A stretch of 64,000 bases of DNA from Eledone cirrhosa (Eukaryota). The notes beneath the pieces are model-generated. The model had not been told where the DNA came from. It did no database searches and worked only from the letters and a program-made list of their open reading frames with translations. Below are positions 12,852-26,254 of the stretch, one piece after another. The DNA is taken from NCBI GenBank assembly GCA_964016885.1, contig OZ024757.1, positions 20,894,001 to 20,958,000 on the forward strand, read 5' to 3'. The position numbers and the translations under genes were made by a program. The first letter of the stretch is position 1. Each line of letters opens with the position of its first letter.

Positions 12852-12855
<4 letters not shown>
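12523..12855 (+). mobile_element. SINE family 1
   Basis: Full head-to-tail copy within (TA)n. Confidence 0.9.
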
Positions 12856-12886
<31 letters not shown>

Positions 12887-12899
12887 TATATATATATCT

Positions 12900-13075
12900 A
12901 TAAGTTATTCCGGGTTGAATCGGAGGTAACCACAGTAAGTAAGGTACTCAATACATAGCAGAGTATAAATGTTTTAATATAGAAGAGCTTCTACAGGACT
13001 AGAACTGTTTCATTTGTGAGAAATATGATGATTTCTCACGAATGAAACAGTTCTAGTCCTGTAGAAGCTCTTCTA
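12900..13075. mobile_element. Fold-back element (family A), hammerhead core truncated
   Basis: Arms 12978-13024 and 13031-13076 carrying gaaacagttctagtcctgtagaagct. Confidence 0.75.
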
Positions 13076-13389
13076 TATATATATGTATATGTGTATATAT
13101 CTATGTATATACTAGAATATTATAATTAATATATAATACTCTCTACGCTGGTATTGAGTACTTCTTTCTGATGTTTGTTATCCCAAGCATATGGATATAT
13201 AGAAATGTGTGTGTACGTGTGTGTGTATGTATATGTGTCTGTATGTGCACGTGTGTGTGTGTGTGTGTATGTAGGAATGTGTGTGTATGTGTGAATGTGT
13301 GTAGGTATATGTGTATGTTATTTAATTCCTGGAATCTGACATATTTAGTATTTACTTATTAGAATGTTATGCTTGACATCAGATGAAAT

Positions 13390-15025
13390 GTGTTGTTGGT
13401 ATTGTTGTTGTTGTTGGTGTTGTTGTTGGTGTTGTTGTTGGTGTTGGTGGTGTTGTTGGTGTTGTTGGTGTTGTTGGTGGTGTTGTTGGTGGTGTTGTTG
13501 GTGGTGTTGTTGGTGGTGTTGTTGGTGTTGTTGTTGGTGTTGGTGTTGGTGGTGTTGTTGGTGTTGTTGGTGTTGTTGGTGGTGTTGTTGTTGGTGTTGT
13601 TGGTGGTGTTGTTGTTGGTATTGTTGTTGTTGGTATTGTTGTTGGTATTGTTGTTGTTGTTGGTGTTGTTGTTGGTGTTGTTGTTGGTGTTGGTGTTGGT
13701 GGTGTTGTTGGTGTTGTTGGTGTTGTTGGTGGTGTTGTTGGTGGTGTTGTTGGTGGTGTTGTTGGTGTTGTTGTTGGTGTTGGTGGTGTTGTTGGTGTTG
13801 TTGGTGTTGTTGTTGGTGTTGTTGTTGGTGTTGGTGTTGTTGGTGTTGTTGGTGTTGTTGGTGGTGTTGTTGTTGGTGTTGTTGGTGGTGTTGTTGGTGT
13901 TGTTGTTGGTATTGTTGTTGTTGGTATTGTTGTTGGTATTGTTGTTGTTGTTGGTGTTGGTGTTGTTGGTGGTGTTGTTGTTGTTGGTGTTGTTGTTGGT
14001 GGTGGTGGTGGTGTTGTTGGTGTTGTTGTTGGTATTGTTGTTGTTGGTATTGTTGTTGTAGTTGTTGGTATTGTTGTTGTTGTTGTTGGTATTGTTGGTA
14101 TTGTCGTTGTTGGTATTGTTGTTGTAGTTGGTATTGTTGTTGTAGTTGTTGGTATTGTTGTTGTAGTTGTTGGTATTGTTGTTGTTGTTGTTGGTATTGT
14201 TGTTGTAGTTGTTGGTATTGTTGTTGTTGTTGTTGGTATTGTTGTTGTTGTTGTTGTTGGTATTGTTGGTATTGTCGTTGTTGGTATTGTTGTTGTAGTT
14301 GTTGGTATTGTTGTTGTTGTTGTTGTAGTTGGTATTGTTGTTGTTGGTATTGTTGTTGTTGGTATTGTTGTTGTAGTTGTTGTTGGTATTGTTGTTGTGG
14401 TGGTGGTGGTGGTGATAGTGTCGTTGTTGTTGGTGGTAGTGTTGTTGTGGTGTTGTGGTGATGGTGTTGTTGGTGTTGGTGTGGTGTTGGTGTGGTGTGG
14501 TGTTGGTGTTGCTGTTGTAGTGTTGTGTTGGTGTTGGTGGTGTTGTGGTGGTGGTGTTGTGGTGTGGTGATAGTGTTGTTGGTGTTGTTGTTGCTGGTGT
14601 TGGTGTTGTTGTTGGTGGTGGTGGTGTGGTGTTATGGTGTTGTGGTAATAGTGTTGTTGGTGTTGTGGTGGTGTTGTGGTGGTGTTGGTGGTGTTGCTGC
14701 TGTGGTGTTGGTGGTGGTGGTAGCGGTGGTGTTGGTGTTGGTGGTGATGGTGATAGTGTTGTTGGTGTTGTTGGTGTTTCTGGTGTTGGTGTTGTTGGTG
14801 GTGGTGGTGGTGGTGTGGTGTTGTGGTGGTGGTGTTGCTGTGGTAATAGTGTTGTTGGTGTTGTTGTTGGTGGTGGTGTTGCTGTTGTGGTGTTTGTTGT
14901 TGTGGTGTTTGTTGTGGTGTTGGTGTTGTGGTGTTGGTCGTGGTGTGGAGGTGTTGCTGTTGTGGTGTTGCTGTTAGTATTCTTGGTGATGCTGTGCTGT
15001 TGTTGTTGTTGTTGTTGCTGTTGTA
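13390..15025. repeat. Compound (GTT/GGT)n array
   Basis: Direct reading. Confidence 0.95.
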
Positions 15026-15409
15026 GTCGTAGCCCCCTCCTCTCCGCCGTCTCTCGCTACTCCATAAGATCCCTTAAGATTTCTAACATGGTACTGTTGA
15101 AGTTCTTATTGTTTTGCTGTTTACTATTGCTGTTGTTATTGTTGTAGTCAATCATAGTCTCTCTCTCCCTCACCCCTCTCTCTTTTACTCTTTCCCTCCC
15201 TCCTCTCTCTTACTCTCTCCCTCTCCCTCCCCTCTCCTCCCTCTATTCAACAACACACAACTGAAATAAATGGTTGCTTAGTCATGGAGTTCATCAGGTA
15301 ATGATGACTGCTAAAGTCAAGGGGAGATAACACCCACATCTCCACCCTCCCCAAACTCTAGATAACACCCTCTGCCCACCTCCCCTAAAAAATTGTGTCC
15401 CTAAAAAAA

Positions 15410-16039
15410 ACAAATATTATATATATATATATACACATATTTGTTATATATATATATATATATATATTTGTTATATATATGTATATATATTTGTTATATA
15501 TATATATATATATATATTTGTTATATATATGTATATATATGTTATATATATATATGTATATATATTTGTTATATATATATATGTATTTGTTATATATATA
15601 TATATATATATTTTATATATATATATATGTTATATATATATATATATATTTGTTATATATATATATATATATGTTATATATATATATGTTATATATATAT
15701 ATATATATACCATATATATATATATATTTATGCATATATATATGCATATATATACATTCACATATACATATAATGTATATATATATTTGTTATATATATA
15801 TTTGTAACATATATTTGTTATATATATATATATGCATATATATATATATATAGCACATTCACATATACATATAATGTATATATATATATATTTGTTATAT
15901 ATATATTTGTAACATATATTTGTTATATATATATATATATATATGCATATATATATATATATATATATATATACAGCACATTCACATATACATATAATGT
16001 ATATATATTTGTTATATATATATTTGTAACATATATTTG

Positions 16040-16089
<50 letters not shown>

Positions 16090-16170
16090 CACATTCACAT
16101 ATACATATAATGTATATATATATATATTTGTTATATATATATTTGTAACAAATATTTGTTATACATGTTT
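15410..16170. repeat. Compound (TA)n/ttgtta array with a repeated ~110-130-bp superunit
   Basis: cattcacatatacatataatgtatata...tttgtaacatatatttg recurs four times. Confidence 0.85.
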
Positions 16171-16299
16171 GCTATATATATAACACACACCAATATCCTA
16201 TCTCAGCAAATTCCTCTGTAAATTAAGGCTGGGAATACAAATTCTTCTTCATAAACCTCCACTGTTAATTGATTAACAGATTGAAATGATGTTCTGTCT

Positions 16300-16870
16300 A
16301 ATGGTTTTGTTGCTGTTGTTGCTGGTGGTGGTCTCATTGGCAGTGTTGTTGTTGTTGTTGGCAGTTTTGTTATTGTTTTTGTTGTTGATCCTGTTGGTGT
16401 TATTGGCAGTGTTGTTGCTGTTGTTGTTGGTGGTCTCATTGGCAGTGTTGTTGTTGTTGTTGTTGGCAGTTTTGTTATTGTTTTTGTTGTTGATCCTGTT
16501 GGTGTCATTGGCAGTGTTGTTGTTTTTGCTGTTGTTGTTGGTGTCATTGGCAGTGTTGTTGTTTTTGCAGTTGTTGTTGTTGGTATCATTGGCAGTGTTG
16601 TTGTTGTTGTTGTTGTTGTTGGTGGTGTTGTTGTTGTTGTTGGCAGTTTTGTTATTGTTTTTGTTGTTGATCCTGTTGGTGTCATTGGCAGTGTTGTTGT
16701 TTTTGCTGTTGTTGTTGGTGTCATTGGCAGTGTTGTTGTTTTTGCAGTTGTTGTTGGTGTCATTGGCAGTGTTGTTGTTGTTGTTGTTGTAGCTGGTGTT
16801 GGTGTCATTGGCAGTGTTGTTGTTGTTGTAGCTGGTGTTGGTGTCATTGCAATTGATATTGTTTTTGTAG
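16300..16870. repeat. GTT-rich minisatellite (ggtgtcattggcagtgttgttg units)
   Basis: Direct reading; gives the Thr-rich minus-strand ORF. Confidence 0.85.
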
Positions 16871-16904
16871 TTGCTATAGTTGTACAGGAAAGCATAATGA
16901 TATA

Positions 16905-16964
<60 letters not shown>

Positions 16965-16965
<1 letters not shown>

Positions 16966-17185
16966 ATAATAATAAATTTGAAGACTAAAATCCAAAGAGG
17001 GCTCGATAAGGATAAATATATATCAAATATATAAGAACCGTAGGGCAAATATTTATTAAAATAACATTAAAGTTTAAGCAAAGAATCGGTGCTTTCACCC
17101 TCAACGGGATCTTCTGAGTTTCAGAAGATCCCGTTAAGGGTGAAAGCAGCGATTCTTTGCTTAAACTTTAATCTGTTATTTTAAT
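16965..17185. mobile_element. Fold-back element (family F)
   Basis: Arms 17055-17117 and 17121-17185, apex at the ribozyme core; left tail matches 51040-51080. Confidence 0.75.
17117..17167 (+). ncRNA. Hammerhead with U4A variant core (family F)
   Basis: AGUUU-CAGAAGA-U CCC GUUAA GGG U-GAAA-GCA GCGAUUCUU UGC-UU-AAACU. Confidence 0.7.
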
Positions 17186-17209
17186 ATATATATATATATA
17201 TATATATTA

Positions 17210-17490
17210 GAAAGTGAGGTTTTTTTTACAAAATGAAAAATAACCGAGGTGTCCTACACGAGTAAAAGTATAAAGAAAAAGAGATGAAATCAAAAATGCA
17301 ACTGGAGTCTTATTTAAAAAAAATATATATATATTTATTTGGTTCCTTTACCGGTTTCACAGTTCTTCTGCTTTTCAAAAGGTGAGTTGAGATGGAGGGT
17401 CTGTGGTTTTTCAGGAACCAAATAAATATATAAATTTAAAAAAAAAATAAGACTCCAGTTGCATTTTCGATTTCATCTCTTTTTCTTTAT
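17210..17490. mobile_element. Fold-back element (family L)
   Basis: Arms 17270-17347 and 17413-17490 between (TA)n tracts. Confidence 0.7.
17345..17382 (-). ncRNA. Minimal hammerhead with U3-A8 core (family L)
   Basis: Minus strand: CCUU-UUGAAAA-GCAG AAGAA CUGU-GAAA-CCGG-UA-AAGG. Confidence 0.65.
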
Positions 17491-18299
17491 ATATATATAT
17501 ATATATATATATATTCATTTTTATATATATTTGTGTATTTATTTTACGCATGTGTATCTGCTTTAGAATAGGTACACCATATCCATGTATGTTGTAAGAA
17601 GAGACTAAAAGTGTTGGTGTAAGTAAAGGCATCCAGCTGTAAAAAGATTGCCTCAAAAAGTCCTGACCAACCCATGCCAGCATGGAAAGATCAATGTAAT
17701 AATAACTGTTTCTACTTTTGGCACAAGGCAGCAATTACCCAGTTGATTACTGGTACTTTATTTTATCGACCCCATAAGGATGAAAGGCAAAGTTAACATC
17801 GGCGATGTTGCTGCTAGTGATGATGATGATGATGATGATTCGAGAATTTTATTTATATTTTAACTATCTTTCAGGGCAAAAGATTTGGTATAAAGAAATG
17901 TGTTTTAATCTGATGAACATTTTGGTGTGAGTCATAAAAGCACTGACCAAGGGTGCAGTTTATCAAAGACTTCTATGACATTCTCCAGGAGTGCTGGAGG
18001 GTGGGGTGGTGAATGATATAGTCTGCAGTGATTCGTCTTCTCCCCAGTGGAGTGGCTTCCTTAAAAACTTTCCGATTAATAGCTTTGTTAATAAATACGT
18101 ATGACACCTCTCTCTCTCTCTCTCATATCCACCAACACGCCTATTTACACCACACCACCACCACCACCACCACCACACACGAGCATATGTATATATAAGG
18201 TTCTTATTCCACACACACACATTTCCTCCCAACACCAACACATACATACACACACCCACACATGCATACATGCTCACATAAATACACACTCACATACAG

Positions 18300-18728
18300 A
18301 CACATTTTCTCTCTTCCTTTCATATAAACGCACCTATTCACACGTATTTCACACCATCACCACCACATACACACATATATACATACAAACATACGTACAC
18401 ACATATATACAGATACATATATATACATACAACCATATATATATATATATACATACATACACACACACATACATACATACACACATACAAACCTACATAC
18501 ATACACACATACATACACACACATATATATACATACATACACACATCCATACAAACATACATACATACATCCATATATATATATATATACATATATATAC
18601 ATGCACACATACATACACATACACACATACATACAAACATACATACATACATACATACACACATATATACATACATACACACATATATATATACATACAT
18701 ACACACATCCATACAAACATACATACAT

Positions 18729-18762
<34 letters not shown>

Positions 18763-19145
18763 GCACACATACATACACATACAAACATACATACAAACAT
18801 ACATACATACATACATACATACACACATATATACATACATACACACATATATATACATACATACACACATCCATACAAACATACATACATCCATATATAT
18901 ATACATGCACACATACATACACACATACATACAAACATACATACATACACACATACATACACACACACACACATATATACATACACAAACATACACACAT
19001 ACAAACATACACACATATTTACATACATACAAATATACATACATACACACACACATACACACATACAACATACACACATACATATACATATATATATATA
19101 TATACATACAAACACACACACATACAACACACACACACACACACA
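18300..19145. repeat. Compound (CA)/(TACA)/(TA) microsatellite
   Basis: Direct reading. Confidence 0.95.
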
Positions 19146-20171
19146 TAGCTCTCATTCCCCCCCCCCCACACACACATCCCTCCACCCACAAAAAAGGAAA
19201 GTCAAGAATATTTATATGGCATGAATTATAGTTCTTCATGATTAACCAAAGACTGGCTTGTATGATGTTGTTGTTGGTGTGTTTGGTGTTGCTATTGTTG
19301 TTGGTGTTGTTGTTGCTATTGTTGTTGGTGTTGTTATTGTTGTTGGTTTTGTTGTTGTTATTATTGTTGTTGTTGGTGTTGTTGTTGTTATTGTTATTAT
19401 TGTTGGTGGTGTTGCTATTGCTGTTGTTGTTGTAGTTGTTGCTGTTGTTGCTTTTGTTTCTTCCCACTAAGTCAACTGTTGTTTCATTTATTTTAAAATT
19501 TATTTCATATTCTTCTTCCTCTTCTTTTTTTTTTCTGGAAGGTGGTGGGTCGGGGGTGGTGGTAGGGATGGGGGTCTAGAGGTGCAGTTTCCACTTTGGA
19601 AAAGATCCACCATAAGCTGGTTACTTGTTAACCCAGGACCCCCCCCCAACCCTCCCTCACCATTACAGCCACACCTCTCATTCCCTGATCAGCTACCCAC
19701 CTCCCCAGCTTTCTCTAGAATACTGTCACATCTGATATTAGGAGCTGGACCGTCAATCCCCATTCCCCACACCAAATCACTCACCAATGATATTTTTTAT
19801 TTTATTTTCCTAATGCACTCAGATATTTAACCCTAACTCCTCTCTCTCTATTTATGGTTCAATTTTAGACCCAGTCTTCTTCTCAAAAAGATGAACAGAC
19901 CTTCTTCAACACTTAATTTAAAATTTTCAATTCTTTTTTAATTCCTTTTAATTGTAATGTTCAACATTTGATGAGATAGATTACACCAATACAACAAAAC
20001 TGGTAATATTTTATATATATTTTATATATATATACGGGGTCGATAAAATAAAGTACCAGTAATGAACTGGGTAATTGCTGGCCTTGTGCCTAAAGTAGAA
20101 ACAAATATTTCATATATATTACATACATTATAAAACTCCTTTTTAAAAAAAATTGGTCTTCTCACTTTTTC

Positions 20172-20355
20172 AATAATTGTTTCTACGTTTGGCACAAGGC
20201 CAGCAATTAACCCAGTGCATTACTGGTACTTTATTTTATCGACCCCGTAAGGATGAAAGGCAAAGTTAAACTCGGCGGGATTTAAACTCAGAATGGCAAG
20301 GGCCGTAACTCTATGCGTCAAAGCATGGCGTCCGACCCTCTACCGATACTGCCAA
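20172..20355 (-). mobile_element. Meta-type tRNA SINE (family 2)
   Basis: Near-identical to 28626-28818; inverted 3' fragment at 20035-20105. Confidence 0.85.
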
Positions 20356-20624
20356 CAAAGAAGAAAAACAGAAAAACATTATTTAAATATATTTTCCATG
20401 CTTTTTCCAATTCTACTTTTTCTCTATAACCTTTGTTTTGTATAGAACGTTACTCCCTTTTCAAATATATATATATATACATATATATATACACACACAG
20501 ATATACACACATATATATATATACACACACACACACTCAGATATACAGAGGTTCACATAGACATACACACATTCGCATAGATATACATAGACATACATAT
20601 ACAGACACATACACAGACATAGTA

Positions 20625-21690
20625 TGCATCTAAATTCAGAGAACTCCTCAAGAAAACTGAGGATGTTGAGACAGGGGAGATTGTTCAGAGAAGCAGTTTC
20701 TGCTTCAGCTGTTAAATGCTGCGGATGAAAGAGGCTTGGTATGGCACCAGATGTCATGAGGACCCTTTTGTTCAATCAACAGGTCAAAGATGCCATCTGA
20801 ACAAAGAAGGAGGCTTACAAAACCTGGCTTGGAAATAAGTCCTGTTTCTAGCAATTGCGGTACAAGCAGGCACAAAGAATATCAGCAGAGACAGTAAAAG
20901 CATCCAAAGTTAAGACAAGGGAGGACTTTGGAGTTAAGTTGGAATTCAACTTCAGATCAGCAAATAAAGTATTCTGGCAGACCCACCGCCAATTTCGTAA
21001 TAAGAAGCCCTCCTCCACACTTTCTATCAAGAACGTGAATGGGGTTCTCCTCTCTTCAGAGATGTGCATCCTCGCTTGGTGGAGAGAAGAATTCTTTGCT
21101 GATCTCCTAAACCCAATCACAACAGCATCTTCTGATGTATATGAGGTGCATCTGGGAGTGATAATTAATCTCCGAGACTGAGGTCACAAGAGCAGTTAAA
21201 GAGCTCAAATGTAGCGTGGCCGCTGAGGAAGATGAAATCCAGCCCGAGACGTTAAAAGCCTTAAATAAAGAAGGTATTCTCTGGCTGACTCGTGTGTGCC
21301 AGGTGGCCTGGATCTCTGGAAAGGCACCTAAACAATGGTAATCAGGAGTGATTTTTCCAAATTTTCAAAAAGGGAGACAAGAAGGATTGCTCCAATTACA
21401 GAGGTTCTCCTTGTTAAGTCTCCCTGGGTAAAGTCTATGCTAAGTACCTGGCAAAGAGATACAAAGAGATTGTTGTGTCCAAGATAGCTTATGACCAGCT
21501 GATGACAGCTGACCAAATATTCACACTGCGGCAGGTCTTCAAGAAATCATGGAAGTATTAACAAGAGCTATATTCTTGTTTTGTTGACCTTGAAAAGTCA
21601 TATGAATACATTCCTCGGGACCTGCTGCGGAAGGATGTGCAGGAGTAAAGGGTCGATGGTCAGCTTCTTGCTCAGGAATAGGCAGGCAAA
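20625..21690 (+). mobile_element. Decayed RTE-clade LINE (linker and RT N-terminus)
   Basis: Frameshifted DEIQPETLKALNKEGILWLTRVCQVAW...PIFKKGDKKDCSNYRG...SLPGKVYAK...DQIFTLRQ..KSWKY...CFVDLEK. Confidence 0.8.
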
Positions 21691-21849
21691 GATGAGGAAG
21701 AAGAAGAAGTTTACATAAACAATCAGATATACATATACATATACACCTTCACACAGACGTGTCATCATCATCATCATCATCATCATCATTTTACGTCTGC
21801 TTTTCCCTGCTTGCAAGGGTGGGACGGGTCTTATTTGTGTATACACAAA

Positions 21850-22340
21850 TAATCAGATAAACATGTATATATATACCTTCACACTGACGTGTATAGTCAA
21901 ATAATCAGATATATATAGATATATATACCTTCAAAAAGATGTGTATAGTCAAATAATCATATATATATATATCTTCAAAAAGACGTGTATAGTCAAATAA
22001 TCAGATATATATGTATATATATACATATATATATACATATATATATCTTCAAAAAGACATGTATAGTCAAATAATCAGATATACATGTATATATACATAT
22101 ATATAACCTTCACACAGAAGTGTATAGTCAAATAATCAGATATATATGTATATATACATATATACGTTCACACAGACGTGTATACACAAATAATCAGATA
22201 TATATGTATATATACATATATACCTTCACACAGAGGTGTATACACAAACAATCAGATATACATGTATATATAGATATATATACCTTCAAACAGACGTGTA
22301 TAGTCAAATAATCAGATATATACGTATATACCTTCAAACA
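21850..22340. repeat. Degenerate minisatellite (ccttcacacagacgtgtatagtcaaataatcagatata plus TA spacer)
   Basis: About 9 recurrences with variable (TA) spacers. Confidence 0.8.
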
Positions 22341-22535
22341 CACATATGTATACATACAGATGTACATTCACATAGACATACGTATACGTACATACACAGA
22401 CAGATATACACAGACATACATATACACACATATTCAGAAATACTTTCACAAAAACAGACACACAGACATACATATAGTCAGACACACAGACACAGATATA
22501 CACACAAATATATGAAGGCATACACAAATACTGAC

Positions 22536-22566
<31 letters not shown>

Positions 22567-23974
22567 AAGGCATACAGAGACATGACATATATACATACAC
22601 ACACCTGATAAAAATCTTGCAGATGAATTTCAGATGCCTTTCTATGATAAATATACAATGGAATTAGTGTAAAAGAAAATAATATATTTGATATTATAGA
22701 TAAAATATCCAGCTAAACAACCAAGCAAGTTAATCAGTCATGTACAACAATATAACCATTTCTAAGACGTATTTCTTTAACTCTTAATGTCCTGTACTGC
22801 ATAAAACCACAGGAATAAGGATTTTTCTGGCATGTACAGAGCTAAATAGCCAAGCAAGTCAGTCAACTAAGAGCTGTACAACAATATAACTAGTCTAAAT
22901 GACTATATGGTGGCCTCAAAGGACTCATGCTAGAGTCATCTGCCATAATATGTTGTTAGCCTCATGGTCATGACCGACAGGGTGGACAATACATTGCCTC
23001 GGAGGGCAGTGTGGAAGATATGCTGGAACAGCCCCTCTACATCACAGGGATCACACCTGCGGGCAACCAGCTCCACTCCGATAGCAATGAATGGGACGTA
23101 GTCTAGGGGGTCACAAACACAGGAAGCCCCCACTGTCACAAGCTCAACCACAAACCTATCAGAGAGTGGCCAATACATTAACAGTTTGCTCTCTTCGGCC
23201 TGGTGGCCAGCAATGTCTAGGCTGGTAGCTGAATACACCAAGTTGCTGCTGGAGAAGGTGATACAGCACGTAGCATCCCTACAAATCATATATCTTTAAC
23301 TCTTAATGTACTGTACTGCAGGAAACAGTATGAGTAAAGATTTTTGTAATGTGCAGAGCTTCCATTATAGTTTTTGGGTTGGAGGGGCTTAAGTATATAC
23401 ACTGTACATGTGTATTATTATTATTAGCTCATGCTTTTTTATCACCAATACGAGATGAAGAAATAAATTGAAAATATGATCATATAAACATGTTTAGAGT
23501 CAATAAAAAATCAGTGTTAGCAAAAACTAAAGCACAAATATTGAAACAAATTATTGGAGGGGCTTCAGTTCCAAAAGCCCCTTAGCGCCAGAAGGCTTGC
23601 ACATGTGTAAAATGAAATTGCTTCATCTTCAGATTGGGTGAATTTACTGGGTCAAAACTGGTTGGCCCTGGAGCAACAAGACTACAACAAAGCCATGGGG
23701 ATGTGTTATTCAGTAGAGGAACTTTCAGAAGTCAATGGTGGCTGATATGTTGAGCAGAAGAAATATACAATAGTCAACAGTGAACCAAGTTCAGTTAGTG
23801 AACAGCTGCTACATTTGTAGTGGTGGTGTATGTAACTTGTGTTACTCAGGATATTACTTCAAGTAAGGAAAAAAAATAATAATTTAATCACATGTTCAGT
23901 TCAACAAGGGAACCTAGCTCATATGTGGTTCATTGATCTGCTTAGAAATAGCAGCCACATTTCGAACCACACAT

Positions 23975-24314
23975 GGAGGCACATGGCTTAGTGGTTAGAG
24001 CATTGGCCTTGCAATCGAAAGGTTGTGAGTTCAATTCTCAGACCGGGTGATGTGTTGTTTCCTTGAGCAAGACACTTTATTTCACATTGCTCCAGTTTAC
24101 TCAGCTGTAGAAATGAGATGATAGGGACTGGGGTCCCTATCATTCCACTGCAAAGTGGTTGTGGAGGTGCCACGGCAAAAATTCACCCAGCACTCACTGT
24201 AAATGAGGTTGGTGTTAGGAAGGGCATCCAGCTGTAGAAATCAAGCCAGAATCAGTTCCCGTCCCACCCTTGCAAGCAGGGAAAAGTGGATGTAAAATGA
24301 AATGAAATGAAATG
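23975..24314 (+). mobile_element. SINE family 1
   Basis: Full copy; tail (ATGAA)n. Confidence 0.9.
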
Positions 24315-24455
24315 ACATCATACCAGCAGAAAGATTTACTTTTTCTGTTGCATGATCCAGCATTTTAAAATTGTACTCTCAATAAAATCATACAAAACCA
24401 TTTTGGAGGTTTGAGAGCTGATTAGGGTAAAGATGTATGTAAAGATGTATGTACA

Positions 24456-24890
24456 TTGTCTTTCTTTGTCAGCCGCTCTCCAGCCCCCTATTTAAAGCTG
24501 TATACAGCTATGGTACGACCACACTTCGAATTCGCAACATCAGTCTGGAACCCCTATCTTACTCAGAACATTGACCTCCTGGAAACTGTTCAGAGACGTG
24601 CAACCAAGCGCATACCCTCCATCAGACACCTACCATACTCTGAACGCCTTGCTTCCCTGGGCATGGATTCATTGAAGCTCCGACGTCTGGCAATGGACTT
24701 GGTAAACACCCACAAAGTTATTAACCATCTCACCAACAACAACCCTGAGCATCTATTTGATCTCCATGTGTCTAACACACGTGGACATGCCTACAAAATC
24801 AGAAAACAGCACAGCTCCCATGACTTTCAGAAACATATTTTCACGCTTAGAGTTTCTGACGCATGGAACAAACTGCCTGCGTCATTTGTT
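24456..24890 (+). mobile_element. CR1-clade LINE ORF2 C-terminal fragment
   Basis: LYTAMVRPHFEFATSVWNPY...LETVQRRATK...YSERL..LG..SLKLRRL..DL...TRGH..K...F..RV..AWNKLP. Confidence 0.85.
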
Positions 24891-24910
24891 ATAATATTTA
24901 ATATAGAAAT

Positions 24911-24962
24911 GGCTTCTATAAGACTAGAACTATTTCATTTGAAGGAAATCATCAGGAAAGCC
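24911..24962 (-). ncRNA. Hammerhead ribozyme (family A) in fold-back element 24890-25090
   Basis: Minus strand: GGCUUUC-CUGAUGA-UUUCCUUCAAAU-GAAA-UAG UUCUAGUC UUA-UA-GAAGCC; inverted copy from 24963. Confidence 0.7.
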
Positions 24963-25105
24963 CTGATGATTTCCTTCAAATGAAACAGTTCTAGTCCTGT
25001 AGAAGCGATTGCTATATTAGATATTTTATATACTCTACTATGTATTGAGTACCTTAGTTACTGTGATTACCCCTGATTGAACCCGGGATACACATTCACA
25101 CACAT

Positions 25106-26168
25106 GGCACATGGCTTAGTGGTTAGAGCATTGGGCTTGCAATCGAAAGGTTGCGAGTTCAATTCTCAGACCGGGTGATATGTTGTTTCCTTGAGCAAGA
25201 CACTTTATTTCACATTGCTCCAGTTTACTCAGCTGTAGAAATGAGATGATAGGGACTGGGGGTCCCTATCATTCCACTGCAAAGTGGTCGTGGAGGTGCC
25301 ACGGCAAAGAAGCACCCAGCACTCACTGTAAAGTGGTCGTGGAGGTGCCACGGCAAAAAATCACCCAGCACTCACTGTAAAGTGGTCGTGGAGGTGCTAC
25401 GGCAAAGAAGCACCCAGCACTCACTGTAAAGTGGTCGTGGAGGTGCTACGGCAAAGAAGCACCCAGCACTCACTGTAAAGTGGTCGTGGAGGTGCCACGG
25501 CAAAGAAGCACCCAGCACTCACTGTACAGTGGTCGTGGAGGTGCTACGGCAAAGAAGCACCCAGCACTCACTGTAAAGTGGTCGTGGAGGTGCCACGGCA
25601 AAGAAGCACCCAGCACTCACTGTAAAGTGGTCGTGGAGGTGCTACGGCAAAGAAGCACCCAGCACTCACTGTAAAGTGGTCGTGGAGGTGCTACGGCAAA
25701 GAAGCACCCAGCACTCACTGTAAAGTGGTCGTGGAGGTGCCACGGCAAAGAAGCACCCAGCACTCACTGTAAAGTGGTCGTGGAGGTGCTACGGCAAAGA
25801 AACACCCAGCACTCACTGTAAAGTGGTCGTGGAGGTGCTACGGCAAAGAAGCACCCAGCACTCACTGTAAAGTGGTCGTGGAGGTGTGCTACGGCAAAGA
25901 AGCACCCAGCACTCACTGCAAAGTGGTCGTGGAGGTGCCACGGCAAAAAATCACCCAGCACTCACTGTAAAGTGGTCGTGGAGGTGCTACGGCAAAGAAG
26001 CACCCAGCACTCACTGTAAAGTGGTCGTGGAGGTGCCACAGCAAGAAAGGCACCCAGCACTCACTGTAAATTAGGTTGGTGTTAGGAAGGGCATCCAGCT
26101 GTAGAAATCAGGCCAGAATCAGTTCCCGTCTCACCCTTGCAAGCAGGGGAAAAGCGGACGTAAAATGA
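25106..26168 (+). mobile_element. SINE family 1 with internal 49-bp tandem expansion
   Basis: Normal head and tail; aaagtggtcg recurs at 25281, 25330, 25379 and onward (~16 copies). Confidence 0.9.
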
Positions 26169-26254
26169 AAAAAAAAATAATAATAATACTCGGCACATAA
26201 GAGAAACAATACTGAAGGAAAAGTAAAAACAATGATAATAATAATATTACTAAC

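Noticed and set aside
16203-17048. 281-aa Thr-rich mucin-like ORF
   Set aside because: Runs through (TA)n and a GTT minisatellite; no convincing splice sites or recognisable domain.
17905-17940. CTGATGA followed by a small hairpin (similar isolated cores at 45666 and 57163)
   Set aside because: No correctly placed GAAA, UH site or stem I.
22900-23285. GC-richer segment between ~70-bp direct repeats; possible exon or decayed LINE linker
   Set aside because: Stops in the frames I read and only vague RTE-like similarity; cannot assign.
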